Shown: positions 11,197 through 24,994 of the stretch, in pieces | How the letters are laid out: each line of letters begins with the position of its first letter | Position numbering within the stretch: position 1 is the stretch's first letter | DNA from: Chara braunii | Lineage: Eukaryota > Plantae > Charophyceae | Assembly: GCA_003427395.1 (NCBI GenBank) | Contig: BFEA01000001.1 | Location: forward strand, 1,281,314-1,345,313 | Reading direction: 5' to 3' | Length of the DNA stretch: 64,000 nt | Translations under genes and position numbers: made by a program | The notes under the pieces: generated by a model | What the model was told of the DNA's origin: nothing | Databases searched by the model: none | The model's input: the letters and a program-made list of their open reading frames with translations, nothing else

Positions 11197-13645
11197 ATGG
11201 CGAGCCGCAAGTTCACTGGCGACATGGTCAAGCGCCATTTCACTCCCGTTTCCACGGCAGGTAAGGATCCGTCGAAGGGGTCGTGCTGGTGCGTATGTAA
11301 TTACTGCGACCTCAAATTGTCCGGCACTCTTTCCCGTCTGAAGGATCATTTCTTAAAGGGAGTGTTGTGTTTAGAAAAGCCCAAGACGTCTCACGGCGGA
11401 GGAGATACTGCGCCGGAAAGAGGGGCAGCGGCGAGGAAGGATAGATGCGGGCATGCCAGCGGAGGGTTGCAGCATGCTTGCCACCGTCTCCAATTTGGTT
11501 ACTGCATCCATGGGTGGGGTTGTNNNNNNNNNNNNNNNNNNNNNNNNNNNNNNNNNNNNNNNNNNNNNNNNNNCGGACAGCATTGTCACAAAGAACGAGC
11601 AGACGTCAAGGAGGGTCGACCGCTGGATGACCTGCACCAATCAACCATTTAACATGGTCGACAACGAGTTCTTTGAGGACATGACGGACGCCGTACGGAA
11701 CGCCCCTGCTTCCTGGCAACTTCATTCGAGAGAGGCAGCACGCAATGGGAGATTGGACGGGCAAAACAAGAGCGCCATTGAAGATGTGGCAGGGATCGCA
11801 AAAAAGTGGGCACGCACGGGGTGCATGATACAGGTTGATGGGTGGTCTGCCCGGCGGGGAAGACCAAACATCAACGTTATGGTGTCCTCCCACATGGCAC
11901 AGTGTTCTGGAAATCGTTGTGTGTCGAAGGGAAGGACAAGGATGCGCAGGCTTACTTCCGTATACTCGAGGGGGCGATTGAGGAGATTGGGCCAAAGAGC
12001 GTGGTGGGCGTGGTCATGGACAACGCCAGAGTTTGTGTGAAGGTTGGGAAGATGGTGGAACAAAAGTATCCATGGATCTTCCGGATTGGTTGTACGGCAC
12101 ATGCCCTCGACCTTGCCTTGGAGGACATGAACAAGTCGTTAGTGGTTCAGAATGACGGTGAAGAGGGGGAATCAATTGGGGAAGTTTATCATGAGCCACG
12201 ACAAGGTGTGTGCTTTATTCCTCAGCAAATCCGGAGGTGCACAGATCAAGAGGCCGGGTGTGACTCGATTTGCCACAAACATCATCATGCTGAAGTCGCT
12301 GTCGGATGCGAGCAATGCCCTCAAGCTGGCAGTGGGCGATAAGGGGTGGGTGCCCGACATTGTGTGGCCCGACCTTGCCACGCAGTTCGAGGAGGCGATG
12401 TGGTGGGATGCATTTGGGTCGCGACTGTACCTTTTGCAGCCGCAAGCCATCAGACTGCTCGGCCAGGCAAGGTCATCTGCTGCATGCGAACGCAACTGGA
12501 GCTTACATGAGCTCATTTTCGGGAGTAGGAGGACGAGGATTTTGCCAACCCGCCTGTCGAAGTTGGTTTATAACAACTGGAACCTTCACCTGCAGCGGAG
12601 GCAAGAACACGGTCAGGGCGAGGTTGATGTTCACATCCCTTGGTTGGAGGACATGCCTGATGAGGAGAGGAAGCACGAGGCGGAGGCGTATTACAATGAG
12701 TGGGTGCGGCGCGTCAAGAGGCGTGCGAAGGATGGGGGGAGTGACTTGGAGGAAGGAGATGGGGGGGGAGTTGGGGAGGGGGATGATGACGAAGTCCCTA
12801 TGGCACGGAGGTGGCTGCACAATGACGACATGGACGACTACATGGACCAGCAGGACGGCATCAGGCAGCTCGACAATTACACACACCATTGGCACTTCAA
12901 CACAATGTCGGGGAGGCACCGAGAACGTCTCTTGAGGAGGCTGTCAGGCCAAGAGCTCCCAGCACCAGAAGTCCACTACAACTTGGAGGAGCGGGACCGT
13001 GTGCTGCGGGCCAGAGAGACGGGGGCATGGGTGGATGGCAGGGAAGAAGGTGGAAGCAGGAGGCAGCATCGGCGAGCACGTCCTGGTGAGGGGGACGGTG
13101 GCGGGAAGCGTACCGCGGAGGTAGACATTGCGCCTGCTCCGAAACGGGGGAGAGGACGACCGAGCAACAAGGAGAAGGCAGAAAGAAAAGCAGTAGAGAA
13201 AGCTGCGAAGAAGGAGTCCGCATCTGCAAAGAAAAAGAGTTCTGCTGCAAAGAAAAAAGCAGCAGCAGCGAAGAAAAAGAAGGGGAAAGTCATTGACGAT
13301 GACAACACCCCTCCGTGTTCGGCTTCATCGTCGTCATCCTCTGATGATGATGACGGTGATGATGATGCCGATGGTGATGATGACCGTGATGATGATGATG
13401 ATCGTGATGGTGATGATGATGGTGATGGTGATGATGATGGTGATGGTGATGACGGGGAACAGGATGGAGGTTCTGAATCTTCTGATGATGAGGACGAGGG
13501 GGGCAAACAAGAGGAAGAGAGTGGGAGGAAGGCGCTGCGGAGGGACAGGACGGAGGTTCTGAATCTTCTGATGATGGAGAGGCTGAGAATTAGGATCTGG
13601 CCCACAGCGAACTCGGAGGTTCACTGTTTTGCTGACTATAAGTGA
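11197..13645 (+). pseudogene. hAT transposase (BED finger, DUF659-type core, hAT dimerisation motif), frameshifted and internally deleted
   Basis: Motifs are CNYC...RLKDHF, GCMIQVDGWS..RGRPNINVMV, VVMDNA, CTAHALDLALED, RPGVTRFAT and WWDAFG...SSAACERNWS. The C-terminus has KRGRGRPS plus Lys-rich and Asp-rich tracts. Confidence 0.9.
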
Positions 13646-14213
13646 TATAACTGACTTAGCAACATTGCAATGGGGAAGCTATTTCGGATGTTGTCTTGTC
13701 CCAGGCTGTTTGTGGTTTCTTCGTGATGTGTCCGACAACTTTAACTTTCTGACACTGTGTCCCTCTGCAGTTGTCTGTTTTCATGACGAGGCACTCAGAT
13801 GCAGTGTTTCTGCATCTACAAACGTGAACAGGTGTGTACCGACCGAACAACCCGACCCACGGCATGAAATTTGATATTCGTGCAATGTCTTGGCAGTTGG
13901 AGTTCAAACTCCAAACTTCAAAGTTGAAGCTTGAAACTCAGTTGAAATTTCACTATTTGTGGTTCTCAGTCATATCAGCACAGGTAACACCTCTCGGACC
14001 CTCAGACCCCCCTTAAAAAAANNNNNNNNNNNNNNNNNNNNNNNNNNNNNNNNNNNNNNNNNNNNNNNNNNNNNNNNNNNNNNNNNNNNNNNNNNNNNNN
14101 NNNNNNNNNNNNNCCCCCGCACGGATCTCCGCACGGATCCGGTCTGTGCGGGTGCGGAATGTGCGGAGATCGAGCACCCCCCGTATGGATCTCCGCACAG
14201 ATCCGGTCTGCGC

Positions 14214-17200
14214 GGGTTGTTAGTCAGAAGGGGAAGTTGGATGGGTTGTTCAGGGAAAGGGCTCAGGAAAAGGGAGTCCCAGAGGGTCGAGGCTCTCACC
14301 CAGTAATCTGTCGCCTCCCTACAGTGTACTAAGCAGTGTACTATGTCCTCTACTGCACTCTCCGTACATACCTTACATTGATCAGAACTGTCGGGGTCTG
14401 AACTCTTCCGCCTAACGTGTAACCACTGATTAACTGGTAGTGCCGCGTATATGATCAGCCATTGAAGGCTTCTGATTTTGATTGGTCTGATTGTTTTATA
14501 AATCTTCCATGGGATCTGTGTGATGTTGTCGGCTTCCTGACCTATTAGCTTCTGCCACCTGGTCTTGATTGCCGGTTCTGGGTCTTTTGTTTTTAGCAGT
14601 AGCTTGTACCCAAATTTGACCGTGTAATCCTGTATGGCGGTGAGCGTCTTAATGTTTGTCCTCTTTTCTGGTTTCCATGCCCACTCCATCGGGTCAAACT
14701 CCAGGTTGTGTAATGCCGTATCGAATCTGAAGATAAACTTCAGCCATGTGCCTAACACCCTTACTTTTCTGAGCAAGAAGTAATCCATGACTGTCGTTTC
14801 CACGCTGGTGTTCATAATCGACGGCATTCCCTTCGTGCAATGTGCAATCGGAAAGGAGGTGAACACCGCTTGAGTAGCTGATCCCTGTTGTAGGTGTGAG
14901 AATTGGAAGGCCCTAGAGGGAGGATTCTCCTGTACTTTGACCCCCCATTCTTCGCTTTTCCAAGGGCCCCCTTGTTTCATCATACCTTTCCACTCCTGAG
15001 GGACAAGATTAGTAATGTACTGCAGGTTAGGTCCTCTTCTATGACAACCCTTCAATCATGCACTTAGCTCCTGCTCAGACACCCATTCCTTCTTCTCTTC
15101 GTTCCACAAGTGGCTAATTGTCCAAACTCCATTCTTTACCCACGACAGCCATTTGTGGTCTAAGAACAAGGGTTCATCGCTTTCTCCCTTCAACCACTCG
15201 TTGCCAAAAAGAAGCTGTTGCAGCACCTCATCCTTAGATTTCGGTCTATTNATCTTTTTTGGCATTATTTCCCTCCAAATCCGGATTAGAGCCGCCCAGT
15301 ACGGCGTTTGGCGGTTGTCTATGTTCCGCTCTATTTCCCTCCTGGGTCTTCTCCTCACCTTTTTCAAAGACCATTCCTTATTCATTACCCATAATAGATC
15401 CGTCATGTTGCTTGGCGATGACACCAGGGCTAGGGCCCTTATGCTGTCCAGGGCCAGCTTATTCCATGCCGTTTCTGGTTTCGTCAACAGACGGACTATC
15501 CATTTGACTTGAAGGGCTCTCGTCTCGCACCTCGGGTCAATGATTCCTGTATTGGTTTTCTTGAGATGTACTTCCATGATATCTCTGGAATACAACCTTC
15601 CTTGTTGGGGTTGCCCGTCCATAGATATGTTCTAGCCACTCGATTTAGTTCCTTTAATGAGTCATCCAAAATTGTCCATGCCGACGCAATGTACCACATC
15701 ATGGAGAAGACTGAAGTGTTGAGTACCAGGACCCTACCTATCAATGAGGTGAATGTATTCCCCCATCTTCCCAGGCGTGTCCCAGGACATGGCAGCCTCA
15801 GACCCTTGCAGGTTCGGGATTTGTTCGTCGGACAGCCACCAACCTATGGTCTTCTTCCAATTAATCTTCATTTTTTATGCCAATCCGAACGCTTCCATTG
15901 CCCTGGACAGTGCTTTAAAAGACGAATCTGATGCTCTAATCAGCACTGTCATGTCGTCTGCGAACAAGATTACTGTCAGAAACTTGAGATGATGAGACGT
16001 CCCTATGTTGACCTCTAGGAATCTGTGTACAGAGGGGTCTTTCCGTAGGAAAGAGGCAATGGCCTCCATCACAAATAGGAAGATCGAGGAAGCGAGCGGG
16101 TCCCCTTGCCTGACTGAGCGTGATATTGGGTAGCTATCAGACAGGAACCCGTTAATCTGTACATAGCCTGAGGCATCATTGTACAAGACCTGGACCCATT
16201 TCCTAAAGATTGGTCCCACCCCCATGAGTTCCATACTTGCGTCCATAAAGGACCAATTGACTTGATCATAAGCTTTCTCAAAATAAAAAAAGAGTATGGT
16301 TGTGTTTATCCTCCTTTCTCTGATTTTATTGGCTGCTTCGTTTAGAGTCAGCACATTGTCTAATATGTAGCGTCCAGGGATAAAGCCCGTCTGATCGATA
16401 TGAAAACATTTATCCGTTATTTTCATGATTCTGGCAGCCAGGGTCTTGGCAAGGATTTCGTATGGGAGAGTTAGTAAGGAAATAGGTCTATAGTTCCTAA
16501 TGTCCTCCTTGTCCCCCTTCTTATATAGTAGTGTAACAACACTGCTACTCAGTAAGCTGCCTAGGCCCCCTTTCTCATAGCTATCTTTGTAGAAGTTCAA
16601 TCGGTCCCCCCCTAGGTTCGGCCAAAATTTTCCCAGAATTCCCTCGTCAGCTCGTCAATGCCTGGTGCCTTGTCATTGTTCATGCTCTTAAGGGCTTGCA
16701 GAAACTCATCCAATGATAGGGTCTTGTCCAACTCTTCTGCTTGTTCTGCCGATATCGTTTGTTCCAAATATTGTAACATTCTTTGTCTTGCTTCCAATGC
16801 GTTGCTTGGGGTAGGTGTTTGGGTCTTGGCCTGATATAATTCTTGGTAGAATTCTTTAGCAATTCTCATAATCCCTTCACTAGTTTCCGCCGTCACTTCC
16901 AGGTTGCTGAGGGTTTTCAGTTTCTCTATTGTGGCTGCTCTTGTATTCGCCTTCATTCGGGCAAAGAAGTGCTTCGACATCAATTCGCTGAGTTCATATT
17001 CACACATTCTGGCTCTTACTTGCAGACCTTTTAGCTCCCACCACTTCCACATAGCTAACTCTTCCCGTGGTTTCTCAAATATGCCTGCATATAGTGTTGA
17101 GGACGGGTAGTCCCTCAGGTTGTATTCCACTATCTTCAGCGCCTTCTTCAGGCTTTGCTTCCTCTGCTTCCTTATAGAGGCCAGTTTTCTTGACATGTTG

Positions 17201-18224
17201 GCTGCTGCCTTCGCGAGTAAAGAGTAGCTCTCTATGAATCACTCCCACCGGTCATGGGCAAGTAGGCGGGTCATACACCTCTCGCTCCAATATTCCTGTA
17301 TCCCTTCTTGGAAAGTTTGACTAAGCAAGAGGGAATTGTTCAATTTGTGAAAGCTAGCCCCTTTCCTTACTCGTTCCTCAAAGCAGGTAGTGAGCTCGAT
17401 GGGTTTGTGGTCCAGTCCTTGGTAGGGTGCTAAGGGCAGGATCTCCGCCTCTTTCACCGCCCCCATCATTGTACCTGATACCAAGAAATAGTCTATCCTC
17501 GAGAAGGCTGTGTGATGCGCATGGTTCTTCTTGACCAGTGAGAAAACTCTCGACGTCGGGTGGAAAGTTCTGAAGGGATCTACTAGGCCACAATCTACCA
17601 TCAACCTCTGGACAAGGCCTCTTGTGAGTTGTATGTGTTGGAAGATCTGGATATGCGGTCTGATACCGGGTCTAGGGTTGCATTCCAGTCACCCACTACT
17701 ATGCACGACGTCAGAGGTGGGATCCTGGTCCCCATCTCTAACAAAAAGGATGTTCTTTCAAATGTGTTATTTGGGGCATAAATGTTGAGAAGAAAGAACT
17801 CTTCATCCTTCCACCTAAGATGCATAGAACACCATCTGCCCTCATTGAGGTCCGCTTCCTTGTTCAGAACACTTCCTGCCACGTAAAAACGTGAGGAGTT
17901 GGGGATCAAGATTGTTGTGCCCTTCGTACTCGAGACGTTATCTGCCGCCCATATTTCATCTTTGATGCCTCCCAGCTTCCTTGTCACGAATTTTTTGATT
18001 CTGTTGTGTTCTGTCAAAAATGATAGATGGGTTTCTTGCAGCATTATCAAGTCAGCTGGTGTTTTGTTTTTAACTGTTAATCCTTGGGCTATGTCATTCC
18101 ATTTTTCTTCTTTATCTATGACATTTCCCAATCCATTCACGTTCCACCACCGAATGATGATCCCTTGATCTTTCCGGTCCCTCCGGCACTCCCTCGAGTT
18201 TGCCATCTTCCTGAACCCCTCCAT
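14214..18224 (-). pseudogene. LINE ORF2 (APE endonuclease, reverse transcriptase, C-terminal zinc finger), frameshifted
   Basis: Consecutive ORF fragments 17601-18224, 17239-17604, 16612-17196, 15875-16600, 15496-15744, 15056-15622 and 13970-15055. Confidence 0.9.
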
Positions 18225-21200
18225 CCTCCAGGTATTACCGGGCTAGATCAGGTTAGCATCGTCCCACGAAACAGCCTACGAAGGCGCACTCCCCCCTGTG
18301 TCCATATCCAACGGCCCCTCCCCTTCTTGGGAACCTGAGGTGAACTGTCCTAAGTTTGTCATCCTATCCTTATCCTGCCGGGGGATCTCAAATAGGTCTT
18401 CACCGTCCTCATTGTTTGAGACTATCCCACCCACCTGGTCCTCTTCTTCCTTCTCGTCATCCGAATGCCATTCCAACGCCTCGTCGTCAGATCCGTCACT
18501 CATGTAAAACCTGTCCCAGTCCACCGGGTATGCTCTCGCATCCAGGTCTCCATCACCCTCCAACATTCCTGTAGCAACCAGCAGAGCCAATGAGACTGCC
18601 GCCATCTCTGCCGGCAGACTCGAGCCCACTAAGACACTATATGGCACTGCTGTGACCATCCTCCAGGGTCTCCATTTCATCCCTGATCTCAACTTTGTCG
18701 TGTTCGACAGCTTGACGATCAGCGGTCAGAAGGCTTGAGGTGAATGTCTTCCTTGTTCTGAGTGCTGCGAAGCTGAACCCTCGTGCTCTGGTTGGGGATG
18801 TGCGTCCTCGTGATCGAAGTTGCATGGCATGGAGTCGTACACCCCCAATGGGTACTCCGTGGATATCTTTTCGCAGAGTGTGGCAGCCACGTTTTGCCCT
18901 TCCTCAAAACACGGGATCTCGGGATCTGGAACGAGACATCTGTTGCAATCTGCCACTCCTCGAATTTTTCCACATACCTTGCAGCAATCAATGGGCGAAT
19001 ATTCATCAGTGTCATCTTGACGACCTGGCAGTCTCCACCACCAGAGGAGCCTGGTGTCCTTGGCTATGTGTGTGATCGTTGTGAATTCTGTTGAGTATTC
19101 CTCGTTCAATTTTTTCAGCTTGTCCATTTGCGCAATTACCACCGCCGCTTCCTTTTCCAGCTGTGGGCGCGCTGGGTCATCCTCAGCATCCATCTGAGAC
19201 ATATCCAGATTCTTCTTCTTCTGATTTTTCCCTGACCTCCATTTCTTAGGGCACAGATCTTGGAAGGACTCTGGAACAGTTCTAGCTCTGTCCTTCACCC
19301 CCTGTTCCCTTGATCTCTTCTTTTCAGCATTTCTGAATGTTGTGTATTCCGATAATTCTTCCGCCTTAACCTTCCTGAGGATGTCAAATTGGTTATTAGG
19401 TTTCCTTGATTCACCCAACCCCTTCTTACCACTTCTCTGAGATTTTTCTGCATGCTTGAGACAAGTTGCATGAATATCAAAAGCATGTTCCCTCTCCCTC
19501 TTCACCTTCTCCCCATAATCACTAAGCCACTGTAGAGACCTGTGAAGATCCTCCTCACTATCTGTCGTTGTGCTGTCCCCTTCACCTTTGCTCCCCTCTC
19601 TTGTCTTCTCGGACCCTGTTCCTCTCGAATCTGTTCTCATTTCCTCTCCTTCCTTATCTGCAGGAAGGCTTACCACCTCCTCTTTCCCTTCCGCATCCAC
19701 TGCCTTCCGCCTCTTAGGGCCCCCTTCCTGGATCCCTTGTGTCTTTCCATTTTCCATCGTCCTTTTGTTCTCTGCTTGAGCCCCTGTTCTGGTTTGAACT
19801 GTTGTTTGTTCCATCTTTGTCAGCATGCTTCTGAAACTCGTCGACTCCTTGCTAAATTCCAGTATTGCTTGTTCTCTTACTACTTCCAGATCCCATAGCA
19901 AGTCTTCTCTGTCTTTCTCTTCCTTGATAACCCGTGAATCGATCAGTGGGTCAGTGGTGATTTTCGACGGGTTGCCCGATACTTTCCCTGTGGCTCTTTT
20001 CTGCCATCTGCTGTCAGCCGGGGGGAAGATGTTTTTTTTTTTTACTACCGGTTCCTAGTCGGCATAATGCCAGACCCAGTCCGGATCCTCCAAGTTGTCG
20101 TCAAACACCCACCCGTTGTAGTTGCTGTCCGGAATGAACCAAATTCCAGGGGCATCCTCCACCTCTACTATCATGTTAGGGAGGAGTTTTCGTTCCTTCG
20201 GTTGATTCGGGTATTTGGGGCAGTTCGGGCTTGTTCCCATGTGTCCCCTTTCTCTGCAACGAAAGCAGATTGGGAAGGATTTGGTCGACATTTTGACTTC
20301 TACCAATCTACTTTCAATCTGAAAACAAAAACTTTGCGAAACCTTGCCTAGATCTCGTTCATAGCACTCCTCCGTACTGCCTCACTGATAACAAATAAAA
20401 AAATAAAAAAAAAGGGGGGGTGTTATCCTCTTCTTTTATTTTTTCATTTTATTATATTCTGTTGATTAGGACTGAGAATGAAAGTGCAGTTTTGTTACCT
20501 TTCTGCGTTTCCCTCCCACCTAGCCCTTTGTTTGCATTCCCGGTTTGGTTAAGTGCCTCGTCAGCAGTGCCACGACAACAGCAGTGACACGTCTGCAACA
20601 GTGCCACGTCAGCAGTACCCGCCACCATGACGGTTTCAGTTTTGGGCATGCCAGGCCAATTGGCCAATGAGTCCATTGCCGAGTACCGACAACGGTTCCA
20701 AGCTCAGCTCGCACTGATCGAGGCTGAGGAACAGCGCCAGGCGGAAGCCGAGGCTGCCCGCCTACAAGCTGAAGCAGACGCAACAGCTGAAAGCAGCGGC
20801 TCCAGGCCACAGCTGACGCAGACGCCCAGGTCCACCGCAAGGAGGCCCAGGATCTGCTGCAGCGGCACGAAGCCGCCAGCGTCGACAGGCTCAAGTTCTG
20901 GCATTTTGAACCATCCGAGGACCATGACAACGCGACAGCGGAAGAGCAGCACAAGGAGTTTCTCTCCAAACTCGTGACCAGGTTGGTTTACACTTGTAAC
21001 CACCTGCAGTCCGAGCTGGGGAATCTCCGACGGACAGTGCGGAACCACAAGGATCTGCATGAGGATGCCACACGGGCACTCCATTCCCGTGTACAGGACC
21101 TAGAGCAAGCAGCACCAGGACCAGATGCTCGCGAACCCAGCAGTGCAGCCTCAACCCGCCAGTTGGAGCAACGAGTTGAGCATGTAGTCGCAACGGTCGG

Positions 21201-23563
21201 CAACATCATCACCTTCGTCGCACCAGCTACCATCAGCAGCTCGGCACCTTGAAGACTGAGCTCAGGCAGCTACACCAGCCGCCCGACAACGATGGCAGCA
21301 CCAGTGCATCGCGGCCGTATAAGATGCCGACGTTTCGGATCGAGAAGTTTGATGACTACACGCATCAGGACCCAGTCGTCTGGTGGCAAGGCTTTACAAC
21401 GGAGATTGGGATTCATAAGGTCCCTAATCACTTGTACATCTCGGCGTTGTTCCTCAACGCCAAGGGCGGACGCCAGATCTGGCTCAGCCACATGGCAAGC
21501 ATCCACGACGTCCAGGTCTCCGATCTGCACAAGAAGATCTCCTGGGACGAGATGACGAGGGAATGGAAGAAACGGTTCATTGTCGACGACGCCCCGACGC
21601 TTGCCATTAACCGCCTCTTCAGCATGACTCATGGCAACACACCAATACACGACTACCTCACGGAATGGCAAAAGATCGTGGCAACACCCGATCTTGACTT
21701 ACCATTTTCGCATCTGCGCTGGGAGTTCTACAACCGGTCGTGTGTCGCCTTGAGCCTCGGACTTGGTTAACGAGAACAGTACACGACCGTCACCGACATC
21801 ATCGACAAGGCACGTGAGATCATCAAGAACAACCGGGCTGCTGCACACGAGAAGTCAGTGTGGCAGCCAGCCCATGTGGAGAAAGGAAAATTTGGTCCGC
21901 GTCCACAGCAAGTCGCTGCAGTCCAACCGAACAACATTGTGGAAGACCCGGCAGCCACCCCAGCATCGCGTGAGGGAGATCAGGTGGCCGCTGTCCAGCC
22001 GCGAAGCAACAACACAACTCCCGTGGAAAAGGGAAGGCGAAAACCGCATCGCCGACCAGAAATGGACAGCCAGTACCATGGGTCAAGTTGAACTTGACCG
22101 AGGCCGAATACAAGTACCACAGCCGATACGATTGTGCTATTGGTGCAACAGCACCAAGCACAAGACCTCCCAGTGCCAAGATTAAGGCAAGGAGGATGTT
22201 CGACCTCGAATCAGCTCGTGAAACTGAGCTGCGCGGGAGGTGAGACGACTCCACCTCTCACTCCGCCAGATTCGACCGCCTTGCTAGGCAGCCTCCTACA
22301 CATCTGGGGAGAATGCGGATGTTGTGAGTCCTCGGTTCACTTATGAGGATTACGTTGTCCGCTTGGTCCCACCGTTGGACCAGCCACTCCACGTGCAACA
22401 ATCCACTGCATGCACAGTTTCACCACCATCGACAACCGATTCGGCAGCTTCGCCGCCAAATTTCGTCAGGGATTCGACGCGGTCACGACTTGAGAGGCTC
22501 GACCCTTTGACGTTCGCGGACTTCCAATGGATACCCCTTCCCCCGACCGGTTGATTGTCGAAACCACATTGCAACGTGCTCATGGCACAATTGTGGGATT
22601 ACTTGCATTGCAGTACCAACTTCGTTGATGGACGCTGGAGTAGAGGTTGTTGACCTTCACGACTACGTTGTGAAGATCGACCGCGAGTTCAGGACACAAC
22701 GGTACGACGACAACGACACGCCATTGCTGTATATACACATTCAGATCGGAGAGGCAACCTGCAGCGCTTTGATCAACTGCGGAGCTACTCGCAATTATAT
22801 CAACCAAAACTTTATGGTACGCGCTCACCTTCGGCCATGCGTTCGGAGGAAGTCGCAGCCCACACAAGTCACTTTGGCCGACGGACACACGCACAAGTCA
22901 ATCGACCGGTGCATTGATTTCGTCCCCGTGTACTTCGCCCCGCATGCAAGTGAGGCCCCGTCCTTCGATATTTTGGACACCCAGTTCGACATGATTTTCG
23001 GCATGTCATGGCTGCGAAGCTCGGATCACCCGGTGAACTTCTACCACCGCAACGTTCACGTTCGTGATCGGAATGGAGTACTAGTCCCATGCACAGTGCC
23101 TCCACCTCACCCTTCGATCAGCTGTCACGTGGTGTCCGCAAGCATTCGAGCTTCCATCACCAGGAACGACATCGAGGAGATGGGGGGGTGTTTTCTCCAC
23201 GCCCTCCCTCCCCATGACATCCCATCGACAAATGCATCAACGGACCCACGCATCACCGAGCTTCTCGATGCCTACGGCAACGTGTTCGAAGCCCCGCACG
23301 GAGTAGTACCGAATTGACCCATCCGCCACGAGATCATCCTCGAGGCCGGGGTCGTACCTCCACGTGGTTGCATCTACCGCATGAGCAAGGAAGAGTTGGG
23401 TATGCTACGGGCACAACTCGACAACCGTCTTAAGAAAGGTTGGATTCAGCCTAGCTCTTCGCCATACGGTGCTCCCGTTCTCTTCGTCCGAAACAATAGC
23501 AAGGATTTGCGGTTGTGCATCGATTATCGCAAGCTCAACGCAGAGACCGTCAAGAATGCCGGC

Positions 23564-24011
23564 CTATGAAACACCCGCGGACGCGTCCGCGAGGCCGAGC
23601 TCGGAGGGCGGACGTATTCACGGCCGCCTCCGCGGCCTATCGGGTCCGCGCCGCGGACCCGATTTTACCAGATTTTTCCTGAATTCAATAATAGGCCAAA
23701 AACAAAAACAAATATATGGGGTTGTAGGGAATTTTAAGCCCTACAATCCCATTTTTTTTTTTTGAAATCCGACTTTGTTTAGGATTTTTAAAAAATCAAA
23801 AACTAAATTCGATTTAAAGAAAATTAAAAATATATATATAAAGAAAAGCTGGAATTTTTTTTTGTCCTTTTTTATCATAAGATATATGGTCCCTGAGCTC
23901 ACCTGTATTTTTTAGAAATGAATTTCTGTTTTTTGCAGGGGTACGAGGTGTGTTAGAAAAATAAAGATGCAAAATTTGAAAATAAATAAACAAAAAACTT
24001 GAAAAAAAAGG

Positions 24012-24047
<36 letters not shown>

Positions 24048-24994
24048 NNNNNNNNNNNNNNNNNNNNNNNNNNNNNNNNNNNNNNNNNNNNNNNNNNNNN
24101 NNNNNNNNNNNNNNNNNNNNNNNNNNNNNNNNNNNNNNNNNNNNNNNNNNNNNNNNNNNNNNNNNNNNNNNNNNNNNNNNNNNNNNNNNNNNNNNNNNNN
24201 NNNNNNNNNNNNNNNNNNNNNNNNNNNNNNNNNNNNNNNNNNNNNNNNNNNNNNNNNNNNNNNNNNNNNNNNNNNNNNNNNNNNNNNNNNNNNNNNNNNN
24301 NNNNNNNNNNNNNNNNNNNNNNNNNNNNNNNNNNNNNNNNNNNNNNNNNNNNNNNNNNNNNNNNNNNNNNNNNNNNNNNNNNNNNNNNNNNNNNNNNNNN
24401 NNNNNNNNNNNNNNNNNNNNNNNNNNNNNNNNNNNNNNNNNNNNNNNNNNNNNNNNNNNNNNNNNNNNNNNNNNNNNNNNNNNNNNNNNNNNNNNNNNNN
24501 NNNNNNNNNNNNNNNNNNNNNNNNNNNNNNNNNNNNNNNNNNNNNNNNNNNNNNNNNNNNNNNNNNNNNNNNNNNNNNNNNNNNNNNNNNNNNNNNNNNN
24601 NNNNNNNNNNNNNNNNNNNNNNNNNNNNNNNNNNNNNNNNNNNNNNNNNNNNNNNNNNNNNNNNNNNNNNNNNNNNNNNNNNNNNNNNNNNNNNNNNNNN
24701 NNNNNNNNNNNNNNNNNNNNNNNNNNNNNNNNNNNNTTTTTTTTTTTTCAATTTCTTTCGATTTCGCCCATACCCCCCATCCAAAAGTTGATCTTTTTCA
24801 TTTTTTTTTTGTGTAGGGGGGTGGGGCCGGGGATGCGCCGCCACGTGGCGTCTCTCGTTTTTTGAAAGTCGCTCCTGCGCGGCCGCCACGTGGCTTCAAA
24901 GCCGCGCGTCCGCGCAGACGCATCTGCGGGGTCCGCGGACTGGCCGCGTCCGCGGATTCGGCCGCGGATGGCCGACGCCGAGGGTGTTTCATAG
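23564..24994. mobile_element. Non-autonomous hAT-type element (MITE) inserted in the gypsy RT
   Basis: 13-bp terminal inverted repeat (TIR) CTATGAAACACCC...GGGTGTTTCATAG and 8-bp TSD ATGCCGGC (23556-23563 / 24995-25002). Removal restores KNAGPLPRIDD. Confidence 0.95.

Larger units (their letters stand above)
9140..14209 (+). mobile_element. hAT-like DNA transposon carrying a U6-derived array; GCGC duplicated at both ends
   Basis: Removing 9140-14213 restores the LINE reading frame (PLLTNNP-R-LQVWYG). GCGC lies at 9136-9139 and 14210-14213. GC-rich subterminal repeats (CGCACGG) occur at both ends, and a transposase is encoded inside. Confidence 0.75.
8268..20350 (-). mobile_element. L1/Tx1-clade LINE, 5'-truncated and degenerate, interrupted by a hAT-like element
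   Basis: ORF1 zinc knuckle CFRCRERGHMGTSPNCP (~20270); APE endonuclease (WWNVNGL, LQETH, NIYAPN, GDWN, SRIDYF, DHKPI; 18224-17239); RT (KAPGID, NYRPISLL, EKAYD, RQGDPL, FADD; 17196-15875); CCHC finger (~14370); TLWVIWKERC (~9090); conserved tail to 8268. Confidence 0.93.
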
